IMG/VR virus record: IMGVR_UViG_3300025924_000020
Span: 30,963 to 94,962 of that record
DNA from: a virus
Taxonomy: Duplodnaviria > Caudoviricetes
DNA length: 64,000 bases
Direction: 5' to 3' (one strand)
Shown: positions 1 through 10,587 of the stretch, one piece after another
Layout: every line of letters begins with the position of its first letter
Numbering within the stretch: position 1 is the first letter of the stretch
Translations under genes and position numbers: made by a program
Notes under the pieces: model-generated
The model's database searches: none
Told to the model about the DNA's origin: nothing
Seen by the model: only the letters and a program-made list of their open reading frames with translations

Positions 1-3000
1 GAAACTACTCTACAAATGGGTTTGGACTTTGATGTGGATAAAACACAGTTACTACGTAGAGTAACCAAGGATGGTAAAATAGATAAGGCTCACGTAGATA
101 CTAAGTTATTTAATATCTATTGGTCAGTATTGACAAACAAAGAGCATTTGAACGCAATGCTAACACCATTATCAACTGCTCGCTTAGAAGCAATTAAAGA
201 CAACTATACCAAACGTGGTATCTTAACTTCAGAGACAAATCAATCACCCTTCACTCTAGAAGCCGATATTAAAGCTCAAACAAAGAATAGAGAAGAGAAG
301 GTAAAAGTTGGTGGTGCTTCTAGAGCAGCTACCGCACATAGTGTTATTCAGATGCTTGGTGAAGAAGCAATACAAATAAATCCTCTATTTGATATTAAGA
401 TAGCTCGTAAAGGACCTCTTAGATTTGGTCATATGACTTCTCAAGATGGTAGTTTAATATCTGAGAACTTAGGAGAAATACAGCAGGCAGCACTTGATGC
501 GGCTAAAACGCCATTGTTAGCTATTTTCAATATTACCAAGAAACTTCTTTCTCCAGCAGAGACATTAGTGATGCTTGGTTATGATCTTAGAACTGTTACA
601 GACTTCTTCATGCAGCCTGTAGTCAGAGAATGGTCTAGTAACTATATAAAAGAAAATGAAGACGATTTAGCTGCTACTGAAAGCTTCTTAGAAGCTCATC
701 CAGAAGTGGGTAGTGTCATCAACAATTTACGTAAGCAAGGAAGTAGACCTACACTTAGCTTAGATGCTCTTAGTCAAGCGTTAACTTCTAAAGTAGGTGA
801 GAATCCTATACACGATGCGGCTGTACTTCTTGAACTAGGTAACTTATTGCAAGCAGGTAAATTGTTGTCTAACTTCACGAATGTGCTTAGCTTAGATACT
901 TTTGGAGATACATCATCCATAGAATCGTTACAAGTTATGGCTCAACAAGTAATGGAGTCTACTAACACAGATAACAACTTCTATATTGATCCTAGAGTAT
1001 TTAGTATGGAGAAAGCTCCAACTAATGCTAAGAGAATTGCTGCCTTCCATGAGTATAGCTTAGAGAAACCACTTGTATTAGCAAATGAGATATTCCCTAG
1101 TACTAATATTCACTACCAAGCAGCTAGGGATTATATTCTTGAAGCTCTTACTTTACGTAAGACTAACAAAGATTTGCTAACGAAAATTAACAAGTTTATA
1201 CACTTCTATAAATTACAGCACGACTCAGCGCTGTCCCTTGCACTTGGTAAAGTATCACCTACTAAAGAGCCATATACTTCTAGGTGGAGATTTACAGAGC
1301 CAGGAAACACTATTGTTGAGTACTTTAGCAAGTTTATGAAGAACGCTAAGAAGAATCATCCTGGACTGTTCAATGAACAAGGAATGATACAGAATAAACT
1401 ACTAGCTAGTATACAAATTCAAACTTTCTCGAATAACGATAAGTTAGCTATGTTAACTGTAAATAATGTTACAGATGATAACAATAGCGATCTAGTATTG
1501 GCTTGGAATGATTTGCTTAATGCTAAATCAGAGGAAGTTAGAACCTTAGCCCACGATTTAATTAGATATGCAATTTATACGTCTGCTTTTAATTACAGTC
1601 CTACTTCATTTGCAGACTTGATTCCAACTGATATCTGGAAAACAACTGGATTGGCTAATTATTGGGAAGACAATAGAAATTCTAGTATTGACAATGAAGG
1701 TCTACTACTTAATTTTGTTAGACATAATTACAAAAAGATTAAGTTCTTCCCTCAATTCTTTATTACCTCTAATGGTAGATCACAATCTATCATAAAATCA
1801 AGTAGGGTAATGGATGATAAAGGTATACTTCAAGCTTTTCAAATTAGTAAGGAATACAAGCAGGCTGAGGTATTACCTAGATTCGCTATTGTAAAAGGAA
1901 GATTGTATGAACAATCACCAGCCAATCCATATTCCTATAAACAATTACAAAGTGCTGGTGGAGATAACTTTTATGAAGTATCAACAGATGGAAGAAATCT
2001 TTCAAGAAATCCAGTAAACAAAGATGATGGCTCTCCTAATCCCTGGAAGAATGCTATTGTACGTAAAGATGAAGAACTAAAAACTACTGATCCTAGACTA
2101 CAAGTTGAGAATAGGCTAAGAACTTTTGAGCTAGGTACTTTAGAAGGTAAACCTCAAACCGATCAAGAAAATGATAACCTTCACAACAACATGATTAATT
2201 TTCCTGAAAAAGGAATGGTTAATGGTGGTGAGACATTTGAAGAAGCTTCTGATCGTGTAATTTCTCTAATGAAAGATTTAACTAAGAATGCTGCAAATAA
2301 CAGTGTTATAGTAACTCACAATGCTGTATTTGGAATTATTAAAGTATGGGATCAAGAAGGTAGGCCAGATTCTCTAAATAAAGAGCAGAGAATAAAATAT
2401 ACCAAACAGGATAACACAGTAGCAACTGGTTCACACTTTACAATTAAGACTAGTAAAGGAAAATTATTTGTGGTTAGGCATGGTGAAACCACAGATAATG
2501 TAGCTAAAGTGTTTAGAACTCCATCAGCTCAGCTTACTCAGAAAGGTATAAAGCAGGCTGAAACTGCAGCTAAGGCACTAGCTATATTCCAGATCCCAAT
2601 GATTATTACGTCACCAATGGAAAGAGCTGTAGAGACTTCTAGAATCATTTTAAAAGCTCAAGGGGAAGTACAGAAATTCAATCAACCTGCTTTGTCAGAT
2701 AGTGATATAATAGCTACAAATCCATTTATAGAGTACTATCTACCTAACCAAAGCAATGATCCTAAAACTGTACTTGAACATCTTATTAAAGATGAAACTA
2801 ATCCAGAAAACAGGCAAGCATTACAACATTTACTTGATAACGTATCTAAAATAGACGCTAAAATAGATGTTACTGCAGATGATATGTTGGGTTTTATGGG
2901 TAGATATGAAGTCATCACAAATAATGGTAATCTTGTTAGTTCAGTAGTTAAAATAAACCCTAACACTAATTCCATAGATTCTCAAGCAAGTGCTAGGGCT

Positions 3001-6000
3001 GTAATACATCATGAATTGGAACATGCATTCACAGTAGGTGTGTTAAAGAATCCACAGACTGAATTGGAGAAAAACTTCAACACAAATTTAAGTAGAGTAT
3101 TAGAAGAAGCTAGACAAAAATTAGGTATAGTCTACTATACTGAAAATAAATTTGAATTTATAGCTGAGTTAGCTTCAAATGAAGCCTTTAGACAGAAACT
3201 TAGAGGGGCCGACTTGTGGAGTAGAATTATTCGTTCAATACGCAAGGTATTAGGAATGAAAGACTCCTACGATAAACTTATAGAACAAAGGTATGAAGTT
3301 ATTTCACAAGGAGAAAAACTAGAAAGAAGTAGTGGAGTACTGGGTAAACCTGAAAATAAAAAACCAGGTAAAAAGCAGTTAACTATTTTTGAAAGCATGT
3401 TATCTTCTCTGGACTCTAGAGTTAGAGAATTAAAGAGAAGAAGAGGTAAAGAATCTGCTATAGAAACTGAAGCTGAATTAAAAGTACTCAAAGAACTAGC
3501 TAAGAAGAACGAGTCTGCAATGGCAGTCAGATACTTAGTGTATGTCAATAAGGAAATAGCTAAGCTTAAATCTATCTATGACTTGATGGATAAGACTCCA
3601 GAGAAGTTGAATGCTAAATTAATAGCTCCAATGTATGATCAATTACTATCATACAATTTACTTGACGAGTTACTGAAAGATGCTAAGACCAACCCAGATG
3701 CGTATGTGGGTAAGACTGGTGATATCAAGCAATTTATCACTGAAGTAAATAATCTAAGAGGTGAAGTGTCTGATTTACGACTAAAATTAGAGCACCTTAT
3801 TCCATATAGAGTAGCTAGTTTCATTAAAGATAATATTCGTCAAGGTCAGAGCTTTGAAGAGGTAGTAGATTCCCTTAAAGTAGCAAATGGTGATGTAAGC
3901 TATATAGCTAGATGGTTAACTCCATTTATTGAAGTGAATGATGACACTGTTAAAGCATTTGCTCAACGTTATGCTGAAATTGATATGGAAGCGTATCGTA
4001 AGACTCAAGAGGAATTATACAAATTTGATAAAGTACAGCAGAAGACTACTGTTAATTTAGGTAGCAACAGACGAGTAACAATAGAGTATACTTCAACTGG
4101 TGTAAATAAGGCTCTTGATGATTATGACAAGTGGTTAAAAAAGAAGGGAAAGAACCCAGGTTCTATTAGAGATAAATTTGATCCTATCCTAGATAAAGCC
4201 TCCTTTAATAAGGATACGAGTGAAGGTATTTCTTTTATAGCTCCTTGGACTAAGGAGGGTAAAGCAATCCTTTCCATTAAAGAAGGATCAGAAGACTATC
4301 CGTTAAAGCAGTTGTATGAAACTATTGTTCTAAATTATCTCAAGTCTCAAGAAGAAATTAAACTTCCATCTCAACGCCCAGGATTACGTATACCAACTAT
4401 TGGAAGAGATGTAATGGAAGGATTCTTGAAAGAAAAAGGTATTAAGGAGACTGCTGGTATGATGAAAGAGCAATTCCTGAATAACTTCATTGAAAGATTC
4501 GATGATAATGAGTATCAACAAGTAGACCAACATGGTAATGTAATTAAGGCTATTCCATTACGCTATACTTCTAAACAGGATGGTAAGGATGGTAGATTAA
4601 ACCTAAACGAAGTAAGTTTAGATGTAGCTTCCACCACTATGTTATTTCGTCATGAAATGATTAAAAGACCTATGCTTCTAGCAATACAAGATGATGTAGA
4701 ATTAGCTAAAACACAATTGGCTCAGCGTGAAGTAATGCAAACTAAACGCATTGAAGCAAGTGGTTTAACTCCATTCCTATCTTCTGAAAGAGAAGGTGTC
4801 GTATTAGAGAATGGCAAATATCAGACTATAAAAGGTTTAGAATCTAAAGCTTACAATGCTTTTCAAGACTTGATTGATCGTAAACAGTACGGTATAGTTA
4901 AGAAACGTGAAGGAGATATCAAAATTGGAGAGAAGAAAGTATCAGCTTCTAAAGCCCTAGATGCTTTCTTAAGATTCAGTGGATTTAGAATCATGTTTGG
5001 TAAAATTGCTATTCCTTTAGCTAACTGGAGTGTTGGTGAACTCACAATGATTAAAGAAATGATTGGAGGGAATATTATTGATTACAAAGATTATCTCTAT
5101 GGACAGAAGAAGTATAATCAAGTAGCTCTTTCATCACTTTCTGATTTAGGAAGAAGAGCTAAACAAACTGAGTGGGGTAAGTTATTCACTTACTTCAACC
5201 CAATGGATAATCTACGTCCAGTTAATACACTAGGAATAGACACGACTTGGATGAGAACAGTATGGCATAAGATTATCTCTACTGGAGGTCATACAGTTGA
5301 GTATAAACTAGCGGTAAACGCTTTAGGAGCTGTAATGAACAGGTTTAAGGTAGTTAATCCTGAAGGTAAGTTAGTCCCTATGGATCAGGGAATACACATC
5401 TCTGATGCTGGTAAATTAACTCTAAAATCAGGTTATAAATATGCTGGAAAACAAGGTAAGCAATATGAAAAGCCTAAGACTGAAATTAGTGACAAGGATA
5501 TTAACGAAGTAATACAATATACTCTACGTACTTATCAGCTAATGAACGGTGTGTATAATCAAAGTGATAAATCAGCTGCTCAAGCTTATACAGTAGGCCG
5601 TCTAGTAACCTTTATGCGTAATTGGTTAGTTCCAGGCTTACAAGCTAGATGGAATACAAAGCATTCAGATCAAAGATTAGGTATGGAGAATGAAGGATAC
5701 TACATTTCTTCTTTAATAGCCTTCAATAATATTTATGGTAAGAACGGATTCTTGAAGGGTACATTGGATTCTCTCAAGATGCTGTTCTGGTTAGGAGCTA
5801 GTGATCCTACAACTCTACTTTTACCTAATGAATTAGCTCTTTCTCCTGAAGAGCAAGATGATTTGATCAATATGCGTAAAGCCAATATCAGAAAGACCCT
5901 ATTTGAACTTTACATGATTGCTGGATTAGGTTTGCTTATCTTTGCTGGATATGATGACGATGATGATAGTTACATGAAGTATATGGCAGCTAGAATCAAA

Positions 6001-6288
6001 CGTGAATTAACCACTTATTATGATCCTACTACAGCTTGGGATGTGTTAAGATCACCTACAGTAGCCCTTTCAACTATAGAAGCTACTTCTAAATTGTTAG
6101 GTACAATGACTGATGGTGGGTGGAATTATCTTACAGGGAATGAGCAAGAGATGATTAAGTCAGGAGCTTACAAGGGATACGGTAAAGCAGAAGCAGCTTT
6201 CTGGAGAGCTTCAGGATTAGATTTCATGAAGCAGTTTGAGGATATAGATCGTAAGACAGATTTTGTACTTAAAGGAGCATACAGATAA
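1..6288 (+). CDS. Giant virion-packaged RNA polymerase / cargo polyprotein (crAss-like), 5'-truncated by the window edge
   Basis: Frame is open from base 1 (ETTLQMGLDFDVDK). DFDVD matches the DxDxD catalytic loop of crAss-like two-barrel RNAPs. Internal RHG histidine-phosphatase motifs (~2098-2655) and an HELEH zincin motif (~3010-3024). Convergent with the replication block, as in crAss-like genomes. Confidence 0.85.
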   Translation, partial: ETTLQMGLDFDVDKTQLLRRVTKDGKIDKAHVDTKLFNIYWSVLTNKEHLNAMLTPLSTARLEAIKDNYTKRGILTSETNQSPFTLEADIKAQTKNREEKVKVGGASRAATAHSVIQMLGEEAIQINPLFDIKIARKGPLRFGHMTSQDGSLISENLGEIQQAALDAAKTPLLAIFNITKKLLSPAETLVMLGYDLRTVTDFFMQPVVREWSSNYIKENEDDLAATESFLEAHPEVGSVINNLRKQGSRPTLSLDALSQALTSKVGENPIHDAAVLLELGNLLQAGKLLSNFTNVLSLDTFGDTSSIESLQVMAQQVMESTNTDNNFYIDPRVFSMEKAPTNAKRIAAFHEYSLEKPLVLANEIFPSTNIHYQAARDYILEALTLRKTNKDLLTKINKFIHFYKLQHDSALSLALGKVSPTKEPYTSRWRFTEPGNTIVEYFSKFMKNAKKNHPGLFNEQGMIQNKLLASIQIQTFSNNDKLAMLTVNNVTDDNNSDLVLAWNDLLNAKSEEVRTLAHDLIRYAIYTSAFNYSPTSFADLIPTDIWKTTGLANYWEDNRNSSIDNEGLLLNFVRHNYKKIKFFPQFFITSNGRSQSIIKSSRVMDDKGILQAFQISKEYKQAEVLPRFAIVKGRLYEQSPANPYSYKQLQSAGGDNFYEVSTDGRNLSRNPVNKDDGSPNPWKNAIVRKDEELKTTDPRLQVENRLRTFELGTLEGKPQTDQENDNLHNNMINFPEKGMVNGGETFEEASDRVISLMKDLTKNAANNSVIVTHNAVFGIIKVWDQEGRPDSLNKEQRIKYTKQDNTVATGSHFTIKTSKGKLFVVRHGETTDNVAKVFRTPSAQLTQKGIKQAETAAKALAIFQIPMIITSPMERAVETSRIILKAQGEVQKFNQPALSDSDIIATNPFIEYYLPNQSNDPKTVLEHLIKDETNPENRQALQHLLDNVSKIDAKIDVTADDMLGFMGRYEVITNNGNLVSSVVKINPNTNSIDSQASARAVIHHELEHAFTVGVLKNPQTELEKNFNTNLSRVLEEARQKLGIVYYTENKFEFIAELASNEAFRQKLRGADLWSRIIRSIRKVLGMKDSYDKLIEQRYEVISQGEKLERSSGVLGKPENKKPGKKQLTIFESMLSSLDSRVRELKRRRGKESAIETEAELKVLKELAKKNESAMAVRYLVYVNKEIAKLKSIYDLMDKTPEKLNAKLIAPMYDQLLSYNLLDELLKDAKTNPDAYVGKTGDIKQFITEVNNLRGEVSDLRLKLEHLIPYRVASFIKDNIRQGQSFEEVVDSLKVANGDVSYIARWLTPFIEVNDDTVKAFAQRYAEIDMEAYRKTQEELYKFDKVQQKTTVNLGSNRRVTIEYTSTGVNKALDDYDKWLKKKGKNPGSIRDKFDPILDKASFNKDTSEGISFIAPWTKEGKAILSIKEGSEDYPLKQLYETIVLNYLKSQEEIKLPSQRPGLRIPTIGRDVMEGFLKEKGIKETAGMMKEQFLNNFIERFDDNEYQQVDQHGNVIKAIPLRYTSKQDGKDGRLNLNEVSLDVASTTMLFRHEMIKRPMLLAIQDDVELAKTQLAQREVMQTKRIEASGLTPFLSSEREGVVLENGKYQTIKGLESKAYNAFQDLIDRKQYGIVKKREGDIKIGEKKVSASKALDAFLRFSGFRIMFGKIAIPLANWSVGELTMIKEMIGGNIIDYKDYLYGQKKYNQVALSSLSDLGRRAKQTEWGKLFTYFNPMDNLRPVNTLGIDTTWMRTVWHKIISTGGHTVEYKLAVNALGAVMNRFKVVNPEGKLVPMDQGIHISDAGKLTLKSGYKYAGKQGKQYEKPKTEISDKDINEVIQYTLRTYQLMNGVYNQSDKSAAQAYTVGRLVTFMRNWLVPGLQARWNTKHSDQRLGMENEGYYISSLIAFNNIYGKNGFLKGTLDSLKMLFWLGASDPTTLLLPNELALSPEEQDDLINMRKANIRKTLFELYMIAGLGLLIFAGYDDDDDSYMKYMAARIKRELTTYYDPTTAWDVLRSPTVALSTIEATSKLLGTMTDGGWNYLTGNEQEMIKSGAYKGYGKAEAAFWRASGLDFMKQFEDIDRKTDFVLKGAYR

Positions 6289-6290
6289 AT

Positions 6291-6340
6291 AAAAAAGAAC
6301 CCCTAAAGCCGAGGCTCTAAGGGTTTAAAATTTTCTTTTC
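6291..6340. terminator. Probable terminator hairpin at the convergence of the RNAP gene and the minus-strand block
   Basis: Imperfect hairpin aacccct-aaagccgaggctcta-agggttt flanked by A- and T-rich tracts between convergent stop codons. Confidence 0.4.
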
Positions 6341-6691
6341 AATTAGTAATTCTTTCACTCTACTCCAATCAACATAAGGTCTTCCTTTAGTAGGATATAT
6401 CAATGGACAACCTAATGCTGCATCATCAATATACAACTGAGCATAACACTTATTACTAGCTGTCCAAGAAGTTTGTGATGGATTGTACTGTATTCCATGC
6501 AATGGTATGTTATTTACTAAGAACCATTTGGCCGCTTCTTCCAATCCTTGCCCACTTCTCATTGTAAACAAGATGAGTTTATGTCCTTCTTTTACAAGTT
6601 GTTTAAGTATAGGTTTTGCCCCTATCTCTTTACCAGTATCTGGATACTCATGAGTCACACAAGTACCATCGAAATCAATTGCTATATCCAT
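6317..6691 (-). CDS. HAD-superfamily phosphatase
   Basis: Motif I IAIDFDGT, motif II LFTMR, motif IV YIDD. Confidence 0.85.
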   Translation of the reverse strand: MDIAIDFDGTCVTHEYPDTGKEIGAKPILKQLVKEGHKLILFTMRSGQGLEEAAKWFLVNNIPLHGIQYNPSQTSWTASNKCYAQLYIDDAALGCPLIYPTKGRPYVDWSRVKELLIEKKILNP

Positions 6692-6936
6692 CCTAATTTA
6701 AATAAAATCTCTGTATTCCTATAGTGTTAAACTCAACTACTTGGGTTGGTACTACATCACCTTTAAGGACTAACCAAATCTTGTCTACTTCACTCTGTTT
6801 CATTACCAAAGGGTTATATGTTGTCTAGTACCTTTCCAGTAATAGAATAAAAGTAATTTACCTTTACTAGTACGTTCAATGTTTGGGCATAATACCATTA
6901 GCACTATACCAGCGATCATGAGTATAGGTATCATAA

Positions 6937-7587
6937 TTAATTAGTCTCTTTATCATGATGATCAATTTCAAGTAGTACATCTCTTCTACACATAATCTTA
7001 TCTAATTCCTCATACGAATAGGGCATAAGGTTGTTAGTATCTACACCTACATCCATCGTGCGTATGTTCTTAGTATAGTACTGATCACCAATCCAATTAG
7101 GATTACCTATTTCTGGTCTCATAGCATCTAATGTACCATGAGAATGACCATATAACATCCAAGCTCCTTTATGTGAGTGATTCCATACACGCATAGCATA
7201 ATGACAAAGAACAATGAATCTACCATTGATCTTGATCTCTTTATAATGCTGTACAGACTTGAATAGCTTTTGTATATCTTCTCTATTACGCTCAATGTGG
7301 TGATCATGATTGCCTAGAATAAGGTGTATATTCTCACAGTTTAGTCTAGACCAGAAATCTTCAATAGCCTTGAATCCTCCAAACGACCAATCACCTAAGT
7401 GATAAAGAATATCATTTGGTTGTACTAGTTTATTGAAATTCTCAACTAGTTTATCATTGTGTTCTTCTAGTGTAGCAAATAGTCTACAACCACTCTTGTC
7501 TTCCCATTCAGAAACTCCAGCTACTATGCTTTTGTGGTTGTAATGGGTGTCTGAAGTGAACCAAATATTAGGTGATGTATTGCTCAT
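6937..7587 (-). CDS. Calcineurin-like metallophosphoesterase
   Basis: SDTH, LGD, GNHD, CHY and GHSHG motifs. Confidence 0.9.
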   Translation of the reverse strand: MSNTSPNIWFTSDTHYNHKSIVAGVSEWEDKSGCRLFATLEEHNDKLVENFNKLVQPNDILYHLGDWSFGGFKAIEDFWSRLNCENIHLILGNHDHHIERNREDIQKLFKSVQHYKEIKINGRFIVLCHYAMRVWNHSHKGAWMLYGHSHGTLDAMRPEIGNPNWIGDQYYTKNIRTMDVGVDTNNLMPYSYEELDKIMCRRDVLLEIDHHDKETN

Positions 7588-8092
7588 ACTTCTTTCTGTT
7601 TATTTTGTTGTAACTCTTGTGCATATCTTTAATTACTCTAATAGGTATCCATCTACCCGTCTTAAAGAATCTAATAAAGTTCCTGAAGATAGATTTCCAC
7701 AAAGGTATATCAAGAAATAGAATGTACAACTTAACAGTAAAGTCTTTGTACTTCTTTTTAATCAATTTATCTATGTAGATATCAATATAGCTCTCTCTAC
7801 AATGAGTATTGTCTACAAGAATATGTGAGATACTATCATCAATAAGTAGTGCTTTAAAGTTATCATAGAAAATCTGACTAACTTGAGTCTCTGTGTTTCT
7901 ACGATGTAGATATGGTTTAGGAAAGTGATCCTCCCTGATCTGATCTCTACTAACTACGCCTAGTCCACGATCACCTGGCAATATACCAAATGTGCTCTTG
8001 TACTTTTCAACATAGGTAGACTTACCAGCACAGGGAGGACCTGCTAAAATGATTATTGTTTTAAGCATTGTCTTCCACGACTTGATCTTCAA
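7568..8092 (-). CDS. P-loop polynucleotide kinase-like protein (AAA_33); likely start at MLKTII
   Basis: Walker A GPPCAGKST, SRD and VDNT motifs as in the PNK kinase domain. Confidence 0.8.
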   Translation of the reverse strand: MKIKSWKTMLKTIIILAGPPCAGKSTYVEKYKSTFGILPGDRGLGVVSRDQIREDHFPKPYLHRRNTETQVSQIFYDNFKALLIDDSISHILVDNTHCRESYIDIYIDKLIKKKYKDFTVKLYILFLDIPLWKSIFRNFIRFFKTGRWIPIRVIKDMHKSYNKINRKKYEQYIT

Positions 8093-9482
8093 TATTCACT
8101 TCCCCAGTCTTACTATCCTCATCTAATTGCTTAGATTCCTTCTCAAGGAAACGTTTACTCTTCAGCTTAAAAGCTGAAAATGTATCTTTCCCATCGATAC
8201 GTACTACAATACCTTCTGCTGGTACTTTATTGGTACAATAAGGACAATCTTTTTCTAGATATGAGCTAGATAGCAAACTCAATAGTTCGTTACCCCATTG
8301 ATCTACACCCTTTATGAAAGTTTGATTGAATATTTCTCCAGCTGTACCTTCATTAGCCCAACGATTTAGCTTTCCGTAGTACAACTCTTTTACGGTTTCT
8401 AATTGATACTTCTCACAATATCCTTTAATTTGATTCCAGCTAAATTCGATTGTATTGCCATCTGGTTTAGTGTAAGTGATACGATAGACTAGGAATTTAT
8501 GTTGTGCAGCATCAGTTTCTACAGGTCTTAGATCATCATTCCTTACACTACCAACCATACCAGTGTTACAACCGTAGTCATATGCTTTCTGTATAGCTTT
8601 ACCAGAAGGTAAGTATCCTACAATCTCACCATAAATAGTGATACCTTGTTCGATCTTATCTTTAATTTCATTCAACACTACTTTCCAAATATCTTCATTA
8701 TAGTATCCAGCGGTAGCTTCTTTGTTTACATATTGGTTTTTGATAACTGACCTACTTGAATAGAGTGTGTCATAAACCTTATCAACAATATTGAAGCCTA
8801 GAAGCTTACCTATTTTCTCCCAAACGGTGAGTTGTTTATTAACTAATACATTAGCAAACACTGCTGAAGTACCATGCCACTTATCTGTAATACAGATGAT
8901 ATCTTCTGGTTTGAATAAATGTAGATTCTTAGCTAATTGATTAGTATCTACATGGAATCTGAATTGATTTGGTACAAGTTTATCAAATCTCTTAAGTTTC
9001 TTGTTGAACCTAGATTCCTTAGCTGTAGTAGCATGTTGATGAACAATCTTGTACTTCTTACAAATGTTTACTCCATCAATATCAGTGAACTCATCACCTT
9101 CTTTTAACTGACCTCCCCAATTACCCATTAAAGGATATAAAGTATCAATAGGTGCTATGTAACCGGTAGATATAACTCCCTTAAACTTAATCGCTTTTAC
9201 TCTACCTGTGTCTTCAAAAAATCCAGGTTTAGCAGTTTGGTCGTAATTCAAGTTACTATGTCTAAATTCATTATTCGCACATAGATATGATGCTGCAATT
9301 CTACATTCAGCAGGAAAAAAGAGATATAACTGATTTTCATCAGCGTCTTTCTTTGTAAGAACATCATTACCGAATACAGTTACTTTGACTAAATTATCCA
9401 ATCCATCCACTTTTTGCTTAGGTGGAAGTTTGACGACTGTACATGCATAATTCTTAGAATCTTCTCTTATTTCTAATTTCAT
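8061..9482 (-). CDS. RNA ligase (Rnl2/DRB0094-like, N-terminal OB fold)
   Basis: Adenylation motif KWHGTS, IYGEIVG, EGIVVR, FKLKS; N-terminal KFKGVISTG OB motif. Confidence 0.85.
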   Translation of the reverse strand: MKLEIREDSKNYACTVVKLPPKQKVDGLDNLVKVTVFGNDVLTKKDADENQLYLFFPAECRIAASYLCANNEFRHSNLNYDQTAKPGFFEDTGRVKAIKFKGVISTGYIAPIDTLYPLMGNWGGQLKEGDEFTDIDGVNICKKYKIVHQHATTAKESRFNKKLKRFDKLVPNQFRFHVDTNQLAKNLHLFKPEDIICITDKWHGTSAVFANVLVNKQLTVWEKIGKLLGFNIVDKVYDTLYSSRSVIKNQYVNKEATAGYYNEDIWKVVLNEIKDKIEQGITIYGEIVGYLPSGKAIQKAYDYGCNTGMVGSVRNDDLRPVETDAAQHKFLVYRITYTKPDGNTIEFSWNQIKGYCEKYQLETVKELYYGKLNRWANEGTAGEIFNQTFIKGVDQWGNELLSLLSSSYLEKDCPYCTNKVPAEGIVVRIDGKDTFSAFKLKSKRFLEKESKQLDEDSKTGEVNIEDQVVEDNA

Positions 9483-9492
9483 ATTCTTTCTG

Positions 9493-10587
9493 TTATAGTA
9501 CTACTTCTAGCATACCTTTATTAATAAATACTGAATGCACATCATCTTCTTCTACAAAGATTATTTGCTTTTCAGCAGCTTTTGGATCATACATTTCCCT
9601 AACAGTTATGGGTTGATCTTCTTCGTACTTAGCTGTACCATTATACTCAATTCCATTTATAGAGATAGTAGCAGTCTTGTGATTTCTCTTAAGTGCTTTT
9701 AGAAAGTACTGATAAGTTTTAACGCTTACCCCCTCCTCAATCCTAGTTTTACCTTTTTCTGAAACTTCATAAATAGCATAAGTTGTATCTAAGAATTCTA
9801 GATTCATAGATGCACAACACTTAATAGGATCTTCATCAAAGATGTTTACCTCTGTAACTATAGCTTTGATAATATCTACAGTGATTAACTTTAGTCCTTT
9901 AACAAACTCAAGAATAGATTCCCTATATGATTTATTAGTCAATAGGTCATCTATGATCTCTTCAATTGTAGTACGCTCTAGATCAGTAAATGTTTCTTTG
10001 TAACGAATTCTTCCAGGACGGTTTAGCATATTCTCATTCAGGTACAGTTCATTAGTAGTAAGAATGAAAGTCCTTCTATACAATCCACTAAAGACACCAT
10101 CCATAAGTGTTAAAAGAGTATTGTCTTCTTTTATATCATCAGTGTCTGTTTCATGATTGTATCTAACAGTAACAGCATCAAAGATCTTATCATACTCATC
10201 AATGAATATAACTAGATCGGTGTCAATTTGAGATAGGAACTTAAGCATACCACCCAATTTCTTACTAATAATGATAATTGGAATTCCTAATTCGTTAGCT
10301 AATATTTTACCTGTAATAGTCTTGCCAGTACCTTTTACACCATTAAGTAATACACCAAGATTACCAGTACTATTTTTGTAGTACTTGAGTACTCTGTTTA
10401 TCAAGTCTGATTTAAGTCCATACAATTTGAAATCGAACTTGAAGGTATCACCCGTGTTATTTAAATATAATTCACCAGTATTTGGATCCGCTTCAAGAGT
10501 GTAGATGGTATTTTCCATTTTCTCTACATTACCAGATATGTCTCTCAAATACCAGTCATTATTGTTTTTCTGCCAAACTTTATCCAT
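9493..10587 (-). CDS. AAA+ ATPase
   Basis: Walker A GVKGTGKT, Walker B IFIDEYD, LLTLMDG, TTN sensor, RPGRI Arg finger. Confidence 0.9.
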   Translation of the reverse strand: MDKVWQKNNNDWYLRDISGNVEKMENTIYTLEADPNTGELYLNNTGDTFKFDFKLYGLKSDLINRVLKYYKNSTGNLGVLLNGVKGTGKTITGKILANELGIPIIIISKKLGGMLKFLSQIDTDLVIFIDEYDKIFDAVTVRYNHETDTDDIKEDNTLLTLMDGVFSGLYRRTFILTTNELYLNENMLNRPGRIRYKETFTDLERTTIEEIIDDLLTNKSYRESILEFVKGLKLITVDIIKAIVTEVNIFDEDPIKCCASMNLEFLDTTYAIYEVSEKGKTRIEEGVSVKTYQYFLKALKRNHKTATISINGIEYNGTAKYEEDQPITVREMYDPKAAEKQIIFVEEDDVHSVFINKGMLEVVL

